Shown piece after piece: positions 24,070 through 33,621 of a DNA stretch of 64,000 nucleotides. The notes beneath the pieces were generated by a model that worked only from the letters and a program-made list of their open reading frames with translations, did not search any database and had not been told where the DNA came from. The stretch's first letter is position 1; each line of letters begins with the position of its first letter. The DNA is from an uncultured Actinomycetes bacterium (GTDB lineage: Bacteria; Actinomycetota; Coriobacteriia; Coriobacteriales; Atopobiaceae): assembly GCA_900314645.1 (NCBI GenBank), contig OMWB01000010.1:4893-68892 (forward strand), given 5' to 3'. The position numbers were made by a program, and so were the translations under genes.

Positions 24070-25782
24070 CTACGGCTTGCACACCTTGCACGGCTCGTAC
24101 CCCTGGTCGATCAGCTCCTGCCGGTCGATGTGCGCGTCCCAGCGGTTGTGGTCGGCAATCGTGTCCACGTACCTGCAGTTCGTTCGGTGGAACTTGCCCG
24201 TGTTCGTGTTCACCACGTAGTCCTTCGCGTTGTCAGCGGACTGCGCAGCCTGCTCCTCAGCAGCCGGCTCCTCAACAACGGGCTTCGGCGCCTCGTTCAC
24301 CGTGAGCGTGAACTCCTTGGTTTTCTGGTTCCCATTCCGGTCGCACGCGACGACCGTCAAGAAGTACACGCCTTCCTTGCTGGTGTCGTACTCGCCCTCG
24401 ATGGTGTACCAGCCGTTGCCGTTGCTGTCCGGCTTCGCGTCAACGCGCGCCAGCTCGCCGTCCACCGGGTCGGTGACCGAGCTGATATTGCCATACGGGT
24501 CGAATGCGTCGCCCTCGGTGATGGTGGGGCTGTCGCTGGCAATCTCGATGCTTGGGCCTTTGGTGTCCTTAACCGTAAACGCGACGGGCACCGTGTTGGT
24601 GCTGGTGCCCTTGGTGAGCGTGTAGGTGACCGTCTGGGTTCCGACTTTGCTCAGGTCAAGCTCGGTCGCGCTGATGTCGACGCCGTCGATTGAGCACGTA
24701 ACCAGTTTGGCGGCATCAGTCTTCTTGTTGGAGTACTCCAGCACGTCGGTTGACGGCGTCAGTTCCGCGCCTTCGAGCGGGTCAAGAATGATGATGTTGA
24801 ACTTGCCCTTGTCCTCGTTTCCGTGCTGGTCAGCAGCGTAGACGATTACCTCGTACGTGCCGGGCTTCTGCAGATTGACGTTGCTGTCATCTACCATGAA
24901 CCAGCCTGAGTCGTAGAACTGCTCAAGTCCGACGGACGTTCCGCGCGCCTTCGGCATCTCCTGCACCTGAAGGAGCGCACCGTCGACGGGGTCTTCGACG
25001 GTGAAGTACACGAGAAGGTCGATGGGCTCGCCCAGCATGACTGACCGTTTGGACGTGGTGAGGGAAACGAGGGGCGGCTGTGTGTCTTGTACCACAAACG
25101 TGACGCTTTCTGTCTTTTGGAAGGGTCCCTCGCTCACGTCGACAGCTAGGGTTTGCTCGCCCACAACCGCGGCGTTAATGGGGTCCTGTGCTGAGATGAC
25201 CACGTTTGGATTGTTGCTGCTGAGGAGGTCAGCCACATCGATGGTCTTGATGTCGTACTCGATGGGATCAGGTTGGCTGAGCGCAACGGACCGCAGGTCA
25301 AGATAGGTGTTGAGCGTGTATCCACCCTTTGCGGGGGTGACAGAGAGTCCGAGGACGGCGAGCAGTGCGGACAGCGCGGCCATGCCTACGGTTGTGGGGA
25401 TTCGCTCGGGCAGCATGCCCTCGAGTCGGCTGATTGGTCCGAGATTGCGGATTGCTTTGAGGGGACACGCCAGAGCGGCGGCGGTGATCAGCGCGAGTGA
25501 CGCGACGCTGGGGACATAGTCAATGGCGAGGAGCAGGAGGATGGCGGTTGCGAACCATCGGACGGCGGGGATGGCGAAGGGCGGGAGGGCCTTCTTTGAG
25601 TTGGCCGCCGGTGCGGGTGTCGGCTCTTCGTCTGCGGGTGTAGGCCTCTCCTGCTTAGCGGTGTCATCGAGTGTTGCCTGCTCGTCATTGTCGTCGAGAG
25701 CGTTCTCCGCAACAGCAGCATTTGCCTGCGGTTTATTTGAAAACAATTTGCCTGCGAGACGCTCAAAAAAGAACTTCGCCAT
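24070..25782 (-). CDS. Membrane-anchored surface protein with Ig-like domains and a C-terminal H..C...C..C module
   Basis: TM segment at WFATAILLLLAIDYV. Repeated beta-rich domains (..GTYEVIVYAADQHGNEDKGKFNIII.., ..GVYFLTVVACDRNGNQKTKEFTLTV..). The C-terminus is GKFHRTNCRYVDTI....GYEPCKVCKP. Confidence 0.6.
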   Translation of the reverse strand: MAKFFFERLAGKLFSNKPQANAAVAENALDDNDEQATLDDTAKQERPTPADEEPTPAPAANSKKALPPFAIPAVRWFATAILLLLAIDYVPSVASLALITAAALACPLKAIRNLGPISRLEGMLPERIPTTVGMAALSALLAVLGLSVTPAKGGYTLNTYLDLRSVALSQPDPIEYDIKTIDVADLLSSNNPNVVISAQDPINAAVVGEQTLAVDVSEGPFQKTESVTFVVQDTQPPLVSLTTSKRSVMLGEPIDLLVYFTVEDPVDGALLQVQEMPKARGTSVGLEQFYDSGWFMVDDSNVNLQKPGTYEVIVYAADQHGNEDKGKFNIIILDPLEGAELTPSTDVLEYSNKKTDAAKLVTCSIDGVDISATELDLSKVGTQTVTYTLTKGTSTNTVPVAFTVKDTKGPSIEIASDSPTITEGDAFDPYGNISSVTDPVDGELARVDAKPDSNGNGWYTIEGEYDTSKEGVYFLTVVACDRNGNQKTKEFTLTVNEAPKPVVEEPAAEEQAAQSADNAKDYVVNTNTGKFHRTNCRYVDTIADHNRWDAHIDRQELIDQGYEPCKVCKP

Positions 25783-25904
25783 GATTCGTCACCTGACTCG
25801 GGGTTTCGCGTTCCGTCAAGCGAATGGTACACCCGCCAGTTGTATTGAAACGTACGGCTTCGGTTGAGCGCACGATTACGCGGGGGATATACTGCAGGTG
25901 AGTA

Positions 25905-26879
25905 GTGGGCAGGTTTCGCCTGGGATTGCTGCGAAGGGTTGCGTCGGTGAGCAGGGCTGTTTCATCACGGAGAGCACTGTGGGCGGCGAGGGTTCTTGCC
26001 CTTGTGCTAGCCCTTTCGCTGGCGGGGTGTGCGGCGAAGCCGTCTGGGACGGCTGGGCCGGAGGCTTCCGATCACGCGGCGGGGGAGACCGAAGAGATTC
26101 GCGTGCTCGAGGAACCTGAGGTGGAAACGGTGCCTGAGCCTGAGGCGGAGGCTGAGCCGGAGTCAGAGCCTGAGGCCGCGGCAGAACCAGAATCCACGAC
26201 TGAGCCTGATCCCGAACTCGAGAAAACCCCCGCCACCACAGCCACGTACCAATACACGGACTGGTCCGAAGAGGTTGCGCCAGAGTACTACCGCATCGTC
26301 GACTATTCGCAGGTCACGTGGTCTCCGCCGGTGGGCACGGCCGTCTATGCGCCGCTCGATGAGTTGGGTCGTTCGGGCCAAGCGGCAGCGTGTGTGACCT
26401 ACGAGATGATGCAGGCCGGCCGCGCGCGGGACCGCAAATCGACATCGGGCATCTCGCCGTCGGGGTGGGGCCACAACGAGGAGGTCGACATCGAGCTCGT
26501 TGACGGCAGCTTCTATCACGGCCAGTTTTGGAACCGATCGCACCTGATTGCCAAGTCGCTGGGAGGCGACGAAGTTGTCGAGAATCTGGTGACCGGTACG
26601 CGCATGCAGAACGTGGGAAGCAATCGCGGCGGCGGCATTTCGGGCGGCATGGCGTACTGCGAGAACCTCGCGCGCATGTGGCTTGAGGACAACCAAGACG
26701 GCTATCTGACGTACATCGCGACCCCGGTTTATGAGGGCGACGAGTTGGTGTGCCGAAGCGTCATCGTGGACATACTGTCGTCCGACGGCGAGATGAACGT
26801 GCGAATCGAGGTCTTCAACGCGGCGAAAGGCTACGAGGTCAACTACGCCGACGGCACGTTTACGGCGAGTGGGGCGTGA
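25905..26879 (+). CDS. Secreted lipoprotein DNA/RNA non-specific endonuclease (EndA/DNA-entry-nuclease type)
   Basis: Lipobox LSLAGC, acidic PE-rich linker, and a nuclease core FWNRSHLIAKSLGGDEVVENLVTGTRMQN...YLTYIATPVY. Confidence 0.75.
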   Translation: MGRFRLGLLRRVASVSRAVSSRRALWAARVLALVLALSLAGCAAKPSGTAGPEASDHAAGETEEIRVLEEPEVETVPEPEAEAEPESEPEAAAEPESTTEPDPELEKTPATTATYQYTDWSEEVAPEYYRIVDYSQVTWSPPVGTAVYAPLDELGRSGQAAACVTYEMMQAGRARDRKSTSGISPSGWGHNEEVDIELVDGSFYHGQFWNRSHLIAKSLGGDEVVENLVTGTRMQNVGSNRGGGISGGMAYCENLARMWLEDNQDGYLTYIATPVYEGDELVCRSVIVDILSSDGEMNVRIEVFNAAKGYEVNYADGTFTASGA

Positions 26880-27048
26880 CAGAGCCTCCGTGCTTCGTGA
26901 GGTGTGCAGAAGAGTGCGAGGAATTCCCTCAACGATCGGGCGAGCCTCTACAGCCGTGAATCACGTCGCGCCAATGTGGTTAAAGTACTAATATCAGCGA
27001 TAGTGCCGCGAGTTCTGCGGTGAGTCCTCTGTCGAATGGAGCGCGAGC

Positions 27049-28584
27049 ATGATTAGGACGAAGGAACGGTTGCTCTCGGCCGTGCTGGCTCTTGTGCTGG
27101 CTACGAGCAGCCTGTCAATGAGGGCATTTGCAGAGACGGAAGCTGATTCTGTCGAAGAGGCCCCAACTGTTGAGGTCGTTGAAGCCATAACCGAAGGCGA
27201 GGTGGCGGAAGAAGACCTGTCCGCTCAGGCGTCTGAGCCAGGGGACGATTCCGTCTTAGACGAGCTCATCGTTGAAGAACCAGTCGCTAACAGCGATGAG
27301 ATGCCCGCGTCCGAGCCCGAAGACCCGCAGAATGAGCCTGATCTTCTCGCTGCTGCCACTACCGAAGACGAATACGACCACCACGACATCAGCAACGCCA
27401 CGGTGACCATCGAAGACGTGACCTACACGGGCGACTATCTGGAGCCCGTTCCCGTAGTGGTTATCGAGGGCTACCAGCTCGAGCCAGATTATGACTTCTA
27501 CTGTGACTATGAGAACAACATCGATGCTGGGACGGCAACCGTTGTCATCTACGGCACCGGGGACTTCTACGGCGACATCACCGCGAGCTTCACTATCAAG
27601 GCACGCCCAATCGCGAAGGCCACAGTGACCGGCGTTGTGAACAAGACGTACACGGGGAAGGCGCTCAAGCAAGCTCCGGAGGTTGAGCTGAACGGTCAGT
27701 ACCTTGAACTTGGCGTTGATTACACGCTCTCGTATAAAAGCAACGTGAATGCGGGGACGGCGACCGTCATCATTAAGGGCAAGGGCAACTACACGGGCAC
27801 AATTAATAAGTCGTTCAAGATTGCGCAGGCCAGCATCTCGAAGGCGAGTGTCGCAAAGGTTGGCACGCAGGCGTGGACTGGCAAGGTGATTAAGCCAAAG
27901 CCCGTGGTTAAGTATGGTGGCAAGACCATTAAGCTGGGCACGGATTACACGCTCTCGTACAAGAACAACAAGAAGGCCGGCGCGACCGCGACGATAACCA
28001 TCACCGGAAAAGGCAACTTCAAGGGGACGAAGACCGTCACCTTTAAGATTGGGCCCAAGACCGGAGCGTGGAAGAAGTCTGGCGGGCGTTGGTGGTACAG
28101 GTACAAGGACGGCACCTATCCCAAGTCCGAGTGGAAGAGGATTGACGGCTCGTGGTACTACTTCGACGGCTCGGGCTGGATGGTCACTGGTTGGCGCTCC
28201 GTGTCCGGTACCTGGTATTACTTCAACTCAGGTGGGGCCATGGTCACTGGTTGGAAGTCCATCAGCGGTTCTTGGTACTACTTTGATTCAAACGGCGCGA
28301 TGGCGAGAAACAGGTGGGTTGGCGACTACTACCTAGGCTCGAGTGGTGCGATGCTGAGGAACACCACGACGCCGGACGGATATAGGGTTGACTCGAACGG
28401 GAAGTGGATTCGCGGGTCTAGCGGCTCTGGCGGATCTGGTAGCTACGATATCGTGTACTGGGTGCCCAATGGCGAGGTGTGGCACAGTACGCCCAATTGC
28501 CGCTCCTTGGCGCGGTCAAGCGGCATTCAGAGCGGTACCATCGCGCAGAGTGGCAAGTCTCGTGGATGCAAGAACTGCACGTAA
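27049..28584 (+). CDS. Surface protein: signal peptide, Ig-like YTG...GTATV repeats, cell-wall-binding repeats, C-terminal H..C...C..C module
   Basis: MIRTKERLLSAVLALVLATSSLSMRAFA. Repeats of the form KTYTGKALKQ..V.LNG..L..GVDYTLSYKSNVNAGTATVIIKGKGNYTG. Then GWRSVSGTWYYF and GWKSISGSWYYF. Ends EVWHSTPNCRSLARS...GCKNCT. Confidence 0.75.
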   Translation: MIRTKERLLSAVLALVLATSSLSMRAFAETEADSVEEAPTVEVVEAITEGEVAEEDLSAQASEPGDDSVLDELIVEEPVANSDEMPASEPEDPQNEPDLLAAATTEDEYDHHDISNATVTIEDVTYTGDYLEPVPVVVIEGYQLEPDYDFYCDYENNIDAGTATVVIYGTGDFYGDITASFTIKARPIAKATVTGVVNKTYTGKALKQAPEVELNGQYLELGVDYTLSYKSNVNAGTATVIIKGKGNYTGTINKSFKIAQASISKASVAKVGTQAWTGKVIKPKPVVKYGGKTIKLGTDYTLSYKNNKKAGATATITITGKGNFKGTKTVTFKIGPKTGAWKKSGGRWWYRYKDGTYPKSEWKRIDGSWYYFDGSGWMVTGWRSVSGTWYYFNSGGAMVTGWKSISGSWYYFDSNGAMARNRWVGDYYLGSSGAMLRNTTTPDGYRVDSNGKWIRGSSGSGGSGSYDIVYWVPNGEVWHSTPNCRSLARSSGIQSGTIAQSGKSRGCKNCT

Positions 28585-28608
28585 GCGCTGGTAGATTGCT
28601 TAGTTATC

Positions 28609-28650
28609 GATGCCGACTGACGAGGTTCGTCAGCCGGCATCGTCTTTTTT
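28609..28650 (+). terminator. Rho-independent terminator
   Basis: 14-bp stem gatgccgactgacg / cgtcagccggcatc (1 mismatch), 5-nt loop, T6 tract. Confidence 0.7.
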
Positions 28651-28794
28651 GAGTGAGCTGCCAGCTAAAGATGCGAGCTCAAACCGCCTGATATGATGCA
28701 TAAGAATAGCAATTTTCAGCATCCCTGAGACGTCACCGGAGGAGCCACGATGCATCGCGGGAGCACCCGACTGTCCGCCATAGCGCGGAGCGGT

Positions 28795-28860
28795 CTTACT
28801 GACGGCGGCAAGTACTGGGTTGGCGCGAACGGCGCCTGGGTGAAGGGCAAGACGAGGTAG
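28795..28860 (+). pseudogene. Orphan 3' end of a cell-wall-binding-repeat gene
   Basis: ..LTDGGKYWVGANGAWVKGKTR-stop is the same C-terminal module as at 14240 and 41403. It sits inside a 36-codon ORF (28750-28860) that has a ggaggag RBS. Confidence 0.5.
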
Positions 28861-28925
28861 TCACTAAAGCTGTAGACTAAGGTAGACACTGTGCAACACA
28901 AGTCGCATGTTGGAGGTAGGTTCAA

Positions 28926-30590
28926 ATGAAGCGCAGCTCAGAAGCTTGCTCACCTCTTGTCTCCAAGGCTTTGGCGGCCGCGTTGTGTGCGGTGCTGAGC
29001 CTTACGTTCCTGGGGGTGAATGCTCGCGCAGAAGAGGCGAACGGCATCGCCGTCGAGGCTGTACAAGTTGAGCAGGTGGAAGCCCCAGAGGAGGAGTTCC
29101 TCGACGAGCTGGAGGAGGACGCCGTTGACGTCGCTCCAGAGGTCGAGCCCTCGGCTCCAGAGCAAGAGCCGGCGAGCGAGGCTCCCGAAGCAACAGAGCA
29201 GTCCGATCCTGAGCAGGAGCTCGTGCTTGAGACACAGGCAACGAGCATCAGCCTCAAGCAATGCGACATCACGTGGCCGGAGGATCAGGAGTACACCGGA
29301 CAGCCAGTGACGCCTCCCGTGACGATTACCTACAGCTGGACTACCCTGAGGGAGGGCGTCGACTATACCGTCACGTACGAGGACAACGTAGAGGAGGGCC
29401 TGGCTACTGTCACCGTTGTCGGCAAGGGCGTCTACTACGGCAGCGACTATAGCTTCTTCTGGATCAACAAGCGCCAGGTTTCCGACTGTGACATCACGTG
29501 GCCAGCCGACCAGGAATACGCAGGCAAGCCCCTCACCCCGGCCGTGGTGGTCAAGTACCACGGGGTAACGCTCAAAAAGGGGCGTGATTACACCGTTACT
29601 TATGCGAACAATGCCGAGGGCGGCCTTGCCACCGTCACCGTCGAAGGCATCGGGGTGTACGGGGGCAGCAGAGACGGTTACTTCTACATCGATGCAGTCT
29701 CGCTGTGGGATTGCAGCATCTCCAGCATCCCTGACCAGTATTTCACTGGTGAGTTTCTCAAGCCAAGGGTGACCGTGACGTGGGGCGGAGAAAAGCTGCG
29801 CGCGGGTGTGGATTACACCCTGACCTATAGGGATAACGCGGACACCGGTACCGCCTCGGTCACCATCAAGGGCAAGGGAAAGTATTACGGCGAGAGGACC
29901 GAGTATTTCAACATCGTGTTGGACGAAGGCGGATGGAAGAAGTCGGGCAACAAGTGGTGGTACAGCTACGGCCACGGCGGCTACGCCAAGTTGGTGTTTC
30001 TGTCGTTTGATGACAATACCTACTACTTTGACCAGAGCGGATACATGGTAACTGGCTGGCGCAAGGTGTATGGCAACTGGTTCTACTTCAAGTCGAACGG
30101 CATCATGGTCAGAGGCTGGCAGAAGATTGGCGGAAAGTGGTACTACTTCGACCGCGACACGGGCATCATGGCGATAGGGCTCCGCAAGCTTGGCATTGAC
30201 CGTTACTACTTTGCTTCGTCAGGCGTGATGAAGACGGGATGGCAGAAGGTGTCGGGCAAGTGGGCATACTTCACGCCGTCGGGACCCATGCCCAAGGGCT
30301 GGCAGAAGGTTGGCGGCTCGTGGTACTACTTCGATCTGGGCACCGGTGCCATGCAGACCGGATGGAAGAACATCTCGGGCAAGCGCTACTGGTTTGCGAA
30401 CTCCGGTGCGATGGCTACGGGCTGGAAGCAGATCGGTGGCAAGTACTACTACTTCGAGTCCAACGGCGTCATGGCGAAGAGCAAGTGGGTTGGCAGCTAC
30501 TACGTCCAGTCCAACGGCGTGATGGCCACCAACACGTGGATCGGCAAGTACCACGTGAACGCCAACGGCAAGTGGGACAAGACCCGGTAA
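28926..30590 (+). CDS. Surface protein: signal peptide, acidic linker, Ig-like repeats, about 10 cell-wall-binding repeats
   Basis: Signal peptide MKRSSEACSPLVSKALAAALCAVLSLTFLGVNARA. Repeats CDITWPxDQEYxGxPxTP. Then GWRKVYGNWFYF, GWQKIGGKWYYF and GWKQIGGKYYYF. Confidence 0.8.
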   Translation: MKRSSEACSPLVSKALAAALCAVLSLTFLGVNARAEEANGIAVEAVQVEQVEAPEEEFLDELEEDAVDVAPEVEPSAPEQEPASEAPEATEQSDPEQELVLETQATSISLKQCDITWPEDQEYTGQPVTPPVTITYSWTTLREGVDYTVTYEDNVEEGLATVTVVGKGVYYGSDYSFFWINKRQVSDCDITWPADQEYAGKPLTPAVVVKYHGVTLKKGRDYTVTYANNAEGGLATVTVEGIGVYGGSRDGYFYIDAVSLWDCSISSIPDQYFTGEFLKPRVTVTWGGEKLRAGVDYTLTYRDNADTGTASVTIKGKGKYYGERTEYFNIVLDEGGWKKSGNKWWYSYGHGGYAKLVFLSFDDNTYYFDQSGYMVTGWRKVYGNWFYFKSNGIMVRGWQKIGGKWYYFDRDTGIMAIGLRKLGIDRYYFASSGVMKTGWQKVSGKWAYFTPSGPMPKGWQKVGGSWYYFDLGTGAMQTGWKNISGKRYWFANSGAMATGWKQIGGKYYYFESNGVMAKSKWVGSYYVQSNGVMATNTWIGKYHVNANGKWDKTR

Positions 30591-30602
30591 CCTCACAGCG
30601 TT

Positions 30603-30716
30603 AGCGCATGTTGACACCGAGGGGCCCGTCTGGGTCAACATCAGCAGAAAGAGCAGCTGATGTTGACCCAGACCCAATGTTGACGTGCCGGGGCCTCCCC
30701 GTGTCAACATGCGCTG
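30603..30716. repeat. Nested palindrome of family M units between convergent genes (likely bidirectional terminator)
   Basis: Outer arms agcgcatgttgacac.g.ggggcc / ggcctccccgtgtcaacatgcgct. Inner arms gtctgggtcaacatcagc / gctgatgttgacccagac. Confidence 0.75.
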
Positions 30717-30726
30717 TAGGGGCGGC

Positions 30727-31689
30727 TTACCACTCGTCGAGGGGGATTCCGTTGGCCCAGCCCCAGTGCGGAGCTTCCAGCGTGCCGTACCACGCGAACC
30801 ACGAACCGAGCGTGACCCAGCGTGTGCTTGTGGCGCCGCTGTCCCGCACAAGGCCGTTACCTGCGTAAATGCAGACGTGTCCCCAGATGAGCCCGTTCTC
30901 CGTCCGCTCGTGCGTGGTCACGGCGATCACCATGCCGGGCTTGAGCTCGCTCAGGTCGTCTGAGGTGCACCACGCCCGCGCGATGTCACACGCGTCGCCG
31001 TCCACGGCGGGCTCGCCCGCGTTGACGAACACGTCGGATACCCATGCGGCGCAGTAGCCGCGACCCGGCCACGGCGTGATGTCGCACGCATCGATCACAG
31101 CCTGCTGTCGCGCGGTCATGTTCGCCATGTTCTCAGCATCGTTTGGCGGCATGACCTCGCCGTTATTGACCCATGCGCCGTCATCGTCAAAGGGCTCGAA
31201 CACCCCGTCAATCTCAATCCACTCGTGATGCGGCAGCGTCTTGTCCTCCGGCCGCACCCAGTAGCGCTTGCCGCTCCCGTCATCAATCCAGCCGGTCTGC
31301 AGCGCAGCCTGCTCATCAAAGAAGTACCAGCTGTCGTCAATCTGCTTCCATCCCACTGCAGCAGATCCATCGGACGTAAGGTAGTGCTCACCCGTCTCGT
31401 CCGTGACCCATTGGTCCTTGAGAAGCGTGTCCTCGGTCTCGCTCGTCCCTTCGTCAACCTCGGGCTTGGCTGCGGGCTCGGCCACCTCCTCCGCTGACGA
31501 CGATTCAGGAGCACCCGGCCTCACGAGCATCCGATACGCAAATGCCCCGCAACCAAGCGCTACGCCCACCACGACCAGCGCAGCGAGCAACCACTTCAGC
31601 GGCCCCATTCCCGCGCGCCGGCGGTCCCGAGCCTGCTCCGTCCGAAAGTGCTTGCCGCCCTGCGCCGCGTTGTTTCGAGATGCCATCAT
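30727..31689 (-). CDS. Cell-wall hydrolase candidate: TM anchor, cell-wall-binding repeats, C-terminal papain-fold (NlpC/P60- or CHAP-like) domain
   Basis: GWKQIDDSWYFF and GWIDDGSGKRYW. Cys/His pair in GYCAAWVSDVF ... LIWGHVCIYAGNG. Starts at ATG 31689 (MMASRNN) after the RBS. Confidence 0.55.
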   Translation of the reverse strand: MMASRNNAAQGGKHFRTEQARDRRRAGMGPLKWLLAALVVVGVALGCGAFAYRMLVRPGAPESSSAEEVAEPAAKPEVDEGTSETEDTLLKDQWVTDETGEHYLTSDGSAAVGWKQIDDSWYFFDEQAALQTGWIDDGSGKRYWVRPEDKTLPHHEWIEIDGVFEPFDDDGAWVNNGEVMPPNDAENMANMTARQQAVIDACDITPWPGRGYCAAWVSDVFVNAGEPAVDGDACDIARAWCTSDDLSELKPGMVIAVTTHERTENGLIWGHVCIYAGNGLVRDSGATSTRWVTLGSWFAWYGTLEAPHWGWANGIPLDEW

Positions 31690-31863
31690 CGGTGGCTCCA
31701 CGCTCCTTACCTCTGATTTGACGGCTGGGAGTGTACATTTATTCGCAGTTATTTGGGCTCTTCAAAATAGAGGCCAAATAACCGAAAACAAATGTACACT
31801 AACGCGCCCCAGCGCCCCGAGCCGGCGCGCAGCCGGCCCCCGCAAAACCCCGCCGCGGCGTCA

Positions 31864-33327
31864 TCACCCAACGATGACCGGCGACGCCCCAGGTGTGTCC
31901 AGCGGCACCTTGACCAGACGGTGGGTATCCACCAGGCCAAAGAACAGCAGGTCATCCTGCACGGACGGATAAAGCACGGTCTCGTTCTGCGAGCCGCTGT
32001 AGTAGACCGTCGGCCTCGTACTGTTCTTGGTGATCATCTCCACGCGCGTCTCGTCCTGCGTCTTGACGACCAGCACGATGCCTCGGTCGTTCACGTTCAT
32101 GCGCACGACCGGCCCCGAGCAGGTCGCAAACTTCTTAATCTGGCTGCCGTCCACGCTGGAAAGGAAGATCTCGTCGCCCCTGCCGTCGTCGTCGCTATCC
32201 GCAAGGATCCAAAGCCCCTCGTGGTTGGGCACGACGTTCACAATCGTGCGACCGTCCGGAAGACTCGCCACCGTCTGCTCGTCAAACGAGCCGCCGTTCC
32301 AGCGGTCGCCATACAGCGTCGTGCCTCCCTGCTCAAAGAAGAATGCCACGTCACCAGCCTGACGGTCGTCGGTGTCCTCGGCGCTCCAGACCCTCCATAG
32401 CTCGCCGTCACGGAATCCCCCGAAGAACAGCCAGCTGTCGCCCGTCTGGGGGTCGTACCCGGTGAGGCCGTCGGGGGACATGTAGTACAGCACGCCCTTG
32501 TGCACCTGGCAGAGCGTTCCGGGGAGGCAGGTGCCGATGACCTGCCGGTCGGTCCCGTCGAGCGCAAGCGAAACGACGGACGACTCCACGTCACCGACGT
32601 CCTCGTTGAAGTAAAGCCTGCCGTCGAGCACGTTGAGATGCCAGATGAGCGTGCCTTCGTCGCTCGCGTGGTAGATGATGGACTGCACGGTGCCGTCGTG
32701 CTTCATGCGGCCGATGGACGATGTGTACCACCCGGGGCTCGTGGTCGGGACGGCGTAGAAGATCCACTCGTCGTCCGACGCGGTGTAGCCTCCGTTGATG
32801 AGGTTGCCGACGGGCGTGGTACGTCCGTCCGGGACGTACTTGCTGGTAGATGGCGTGGTGCTGGGGGAGTCTTGCGTGGACGTCGTGGCGGGCTCTTGCT
32901 GCTCGACGGATGGCGTGGCGGGGGAGGCGCCCTTGGGCCTGGTCATGATGCTCACGAAGGTGGCGATGGCGAACAGGCCCACCGCGATGCAGAGGCAGAA
33001 GGCGATGAACATGGGGATGCGGCCAGAGATGAGGCTAGAGATGCTGCTGGAGAGGCTGGAGATGCGCTCGCGCAGCGGGCTCGGTGTGGTGGCCGCACGC
33101 GGTTCAGGGGCCGCTTCTTGCGCCGGCGCGCTGACCAGCTCTGGCGCCTCGTTGACTGGCTCCAGTTCCTCGCTCTCGGGCTCCAGCGCCGGCTCCGGCA
33201 CGGGCCCCGGCGCCTCGCTTTCGGGCTCCGCGCTGGGCTCCACGATGTCCCAGGTGATGCGCTGCCCACAATTGGCGCAGTAGTTGCTGCCCTTTTCGAC
33301 GAAGGCCCCACAGTTCTTGCAGTACAT
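31864..33327 (-). CDS. Zinc-ribbon plus TM plus beta-propeller-like (DUF5050-type) protein
   Basis: MYCKNCGAFVEKGSNYCANCG. TM at IPMFIAFCLCIAVGLFAIATFV. Repeated ..IYY..DG.. strands in the C-terminal 330 aa. RBS gggagga precedes the start. Confidence 0.55.
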   Translation of the reverse strand: MYCKNCGAFVEKGSNYCANCGQRITWDIVEPSAEPESEAPGPVPEPALEPESEELEPVNEAPELVSAPAQEAAPEPRAATTPSPLRERISSLSSSISSLISGRIPMFIAFCLCIAVGLFAIATFVSIMTRPKGASPATPSVEQQEPATTSTQDSPSTTPSTSKYVPDGRTTPVGNLINGGYTASDDEWIFYAVPTTSPGWYTSSIGRMKHDGTVQSIIYHASDEGTLIWHLNVLDGRLYFNEDVGDVESSVVSLALDGTDRQVIGTCLPGTLCQVHKGVLYYMSPDGLTGYDPQTGDSWLFFGGFRDGELWRVWSAEDTDDRQAGDVAFFFEQGGTTLYGDRWNGGSFDEQTVASLPDGRTIVNVVPNHEGLWILADSDDDGRGDEIFLSSVDGSQIKKFATCSGPVVRMNVNDRGIVLVVKTQDETRVEMITKNSTRPTVYYSGSQNETVLYPSVQDDLLFFGLVDTHRLVKVPLDTPGASPVIVG

Positions 33328-33409
33328 GCGTCCTCCCGAGGTCGTCCATCAGACTGATGGTACTTCTTTTGGAGCTTAAGCAGATAAGTGTGACCAGACC
33401 CGAAACAGC

Positions 33410-33569
33410 ACGGTACGTCTAAAGCGCCATTAGCGAGGGACAGTACGTTCAAAGTGCCATTACGAGGCGAAAAACGAGCTGTAGTGGCACTCTGGACGTA
33501 CAGTCGTCGCCAAACGGTACTTCGTACGTACAGTCGACGCGAAACGGCACTCTGGACGTTCAGCAGACG
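33410..33569. repeat. Mirror array, family B: 2 direct plus 3 inverted units of about 29 bp, period 30-31 bp, in a divergent promoter region
   Basis: Direct units cacggtacgtctaaagcgccatta and gacagtacgttcaaagtgccatta. Inverted units tagtggcactctggacgtacagt, aacggtacttcgtacgtacagt and aacggcactctggacgttcagc. Confidence 0.65.
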
Positions 33570-33621
33570 TATCTTTATCCTCGTGAAAGACCCCGCGCCA
33601 CACTCCCCAGAAAGGACCGCC

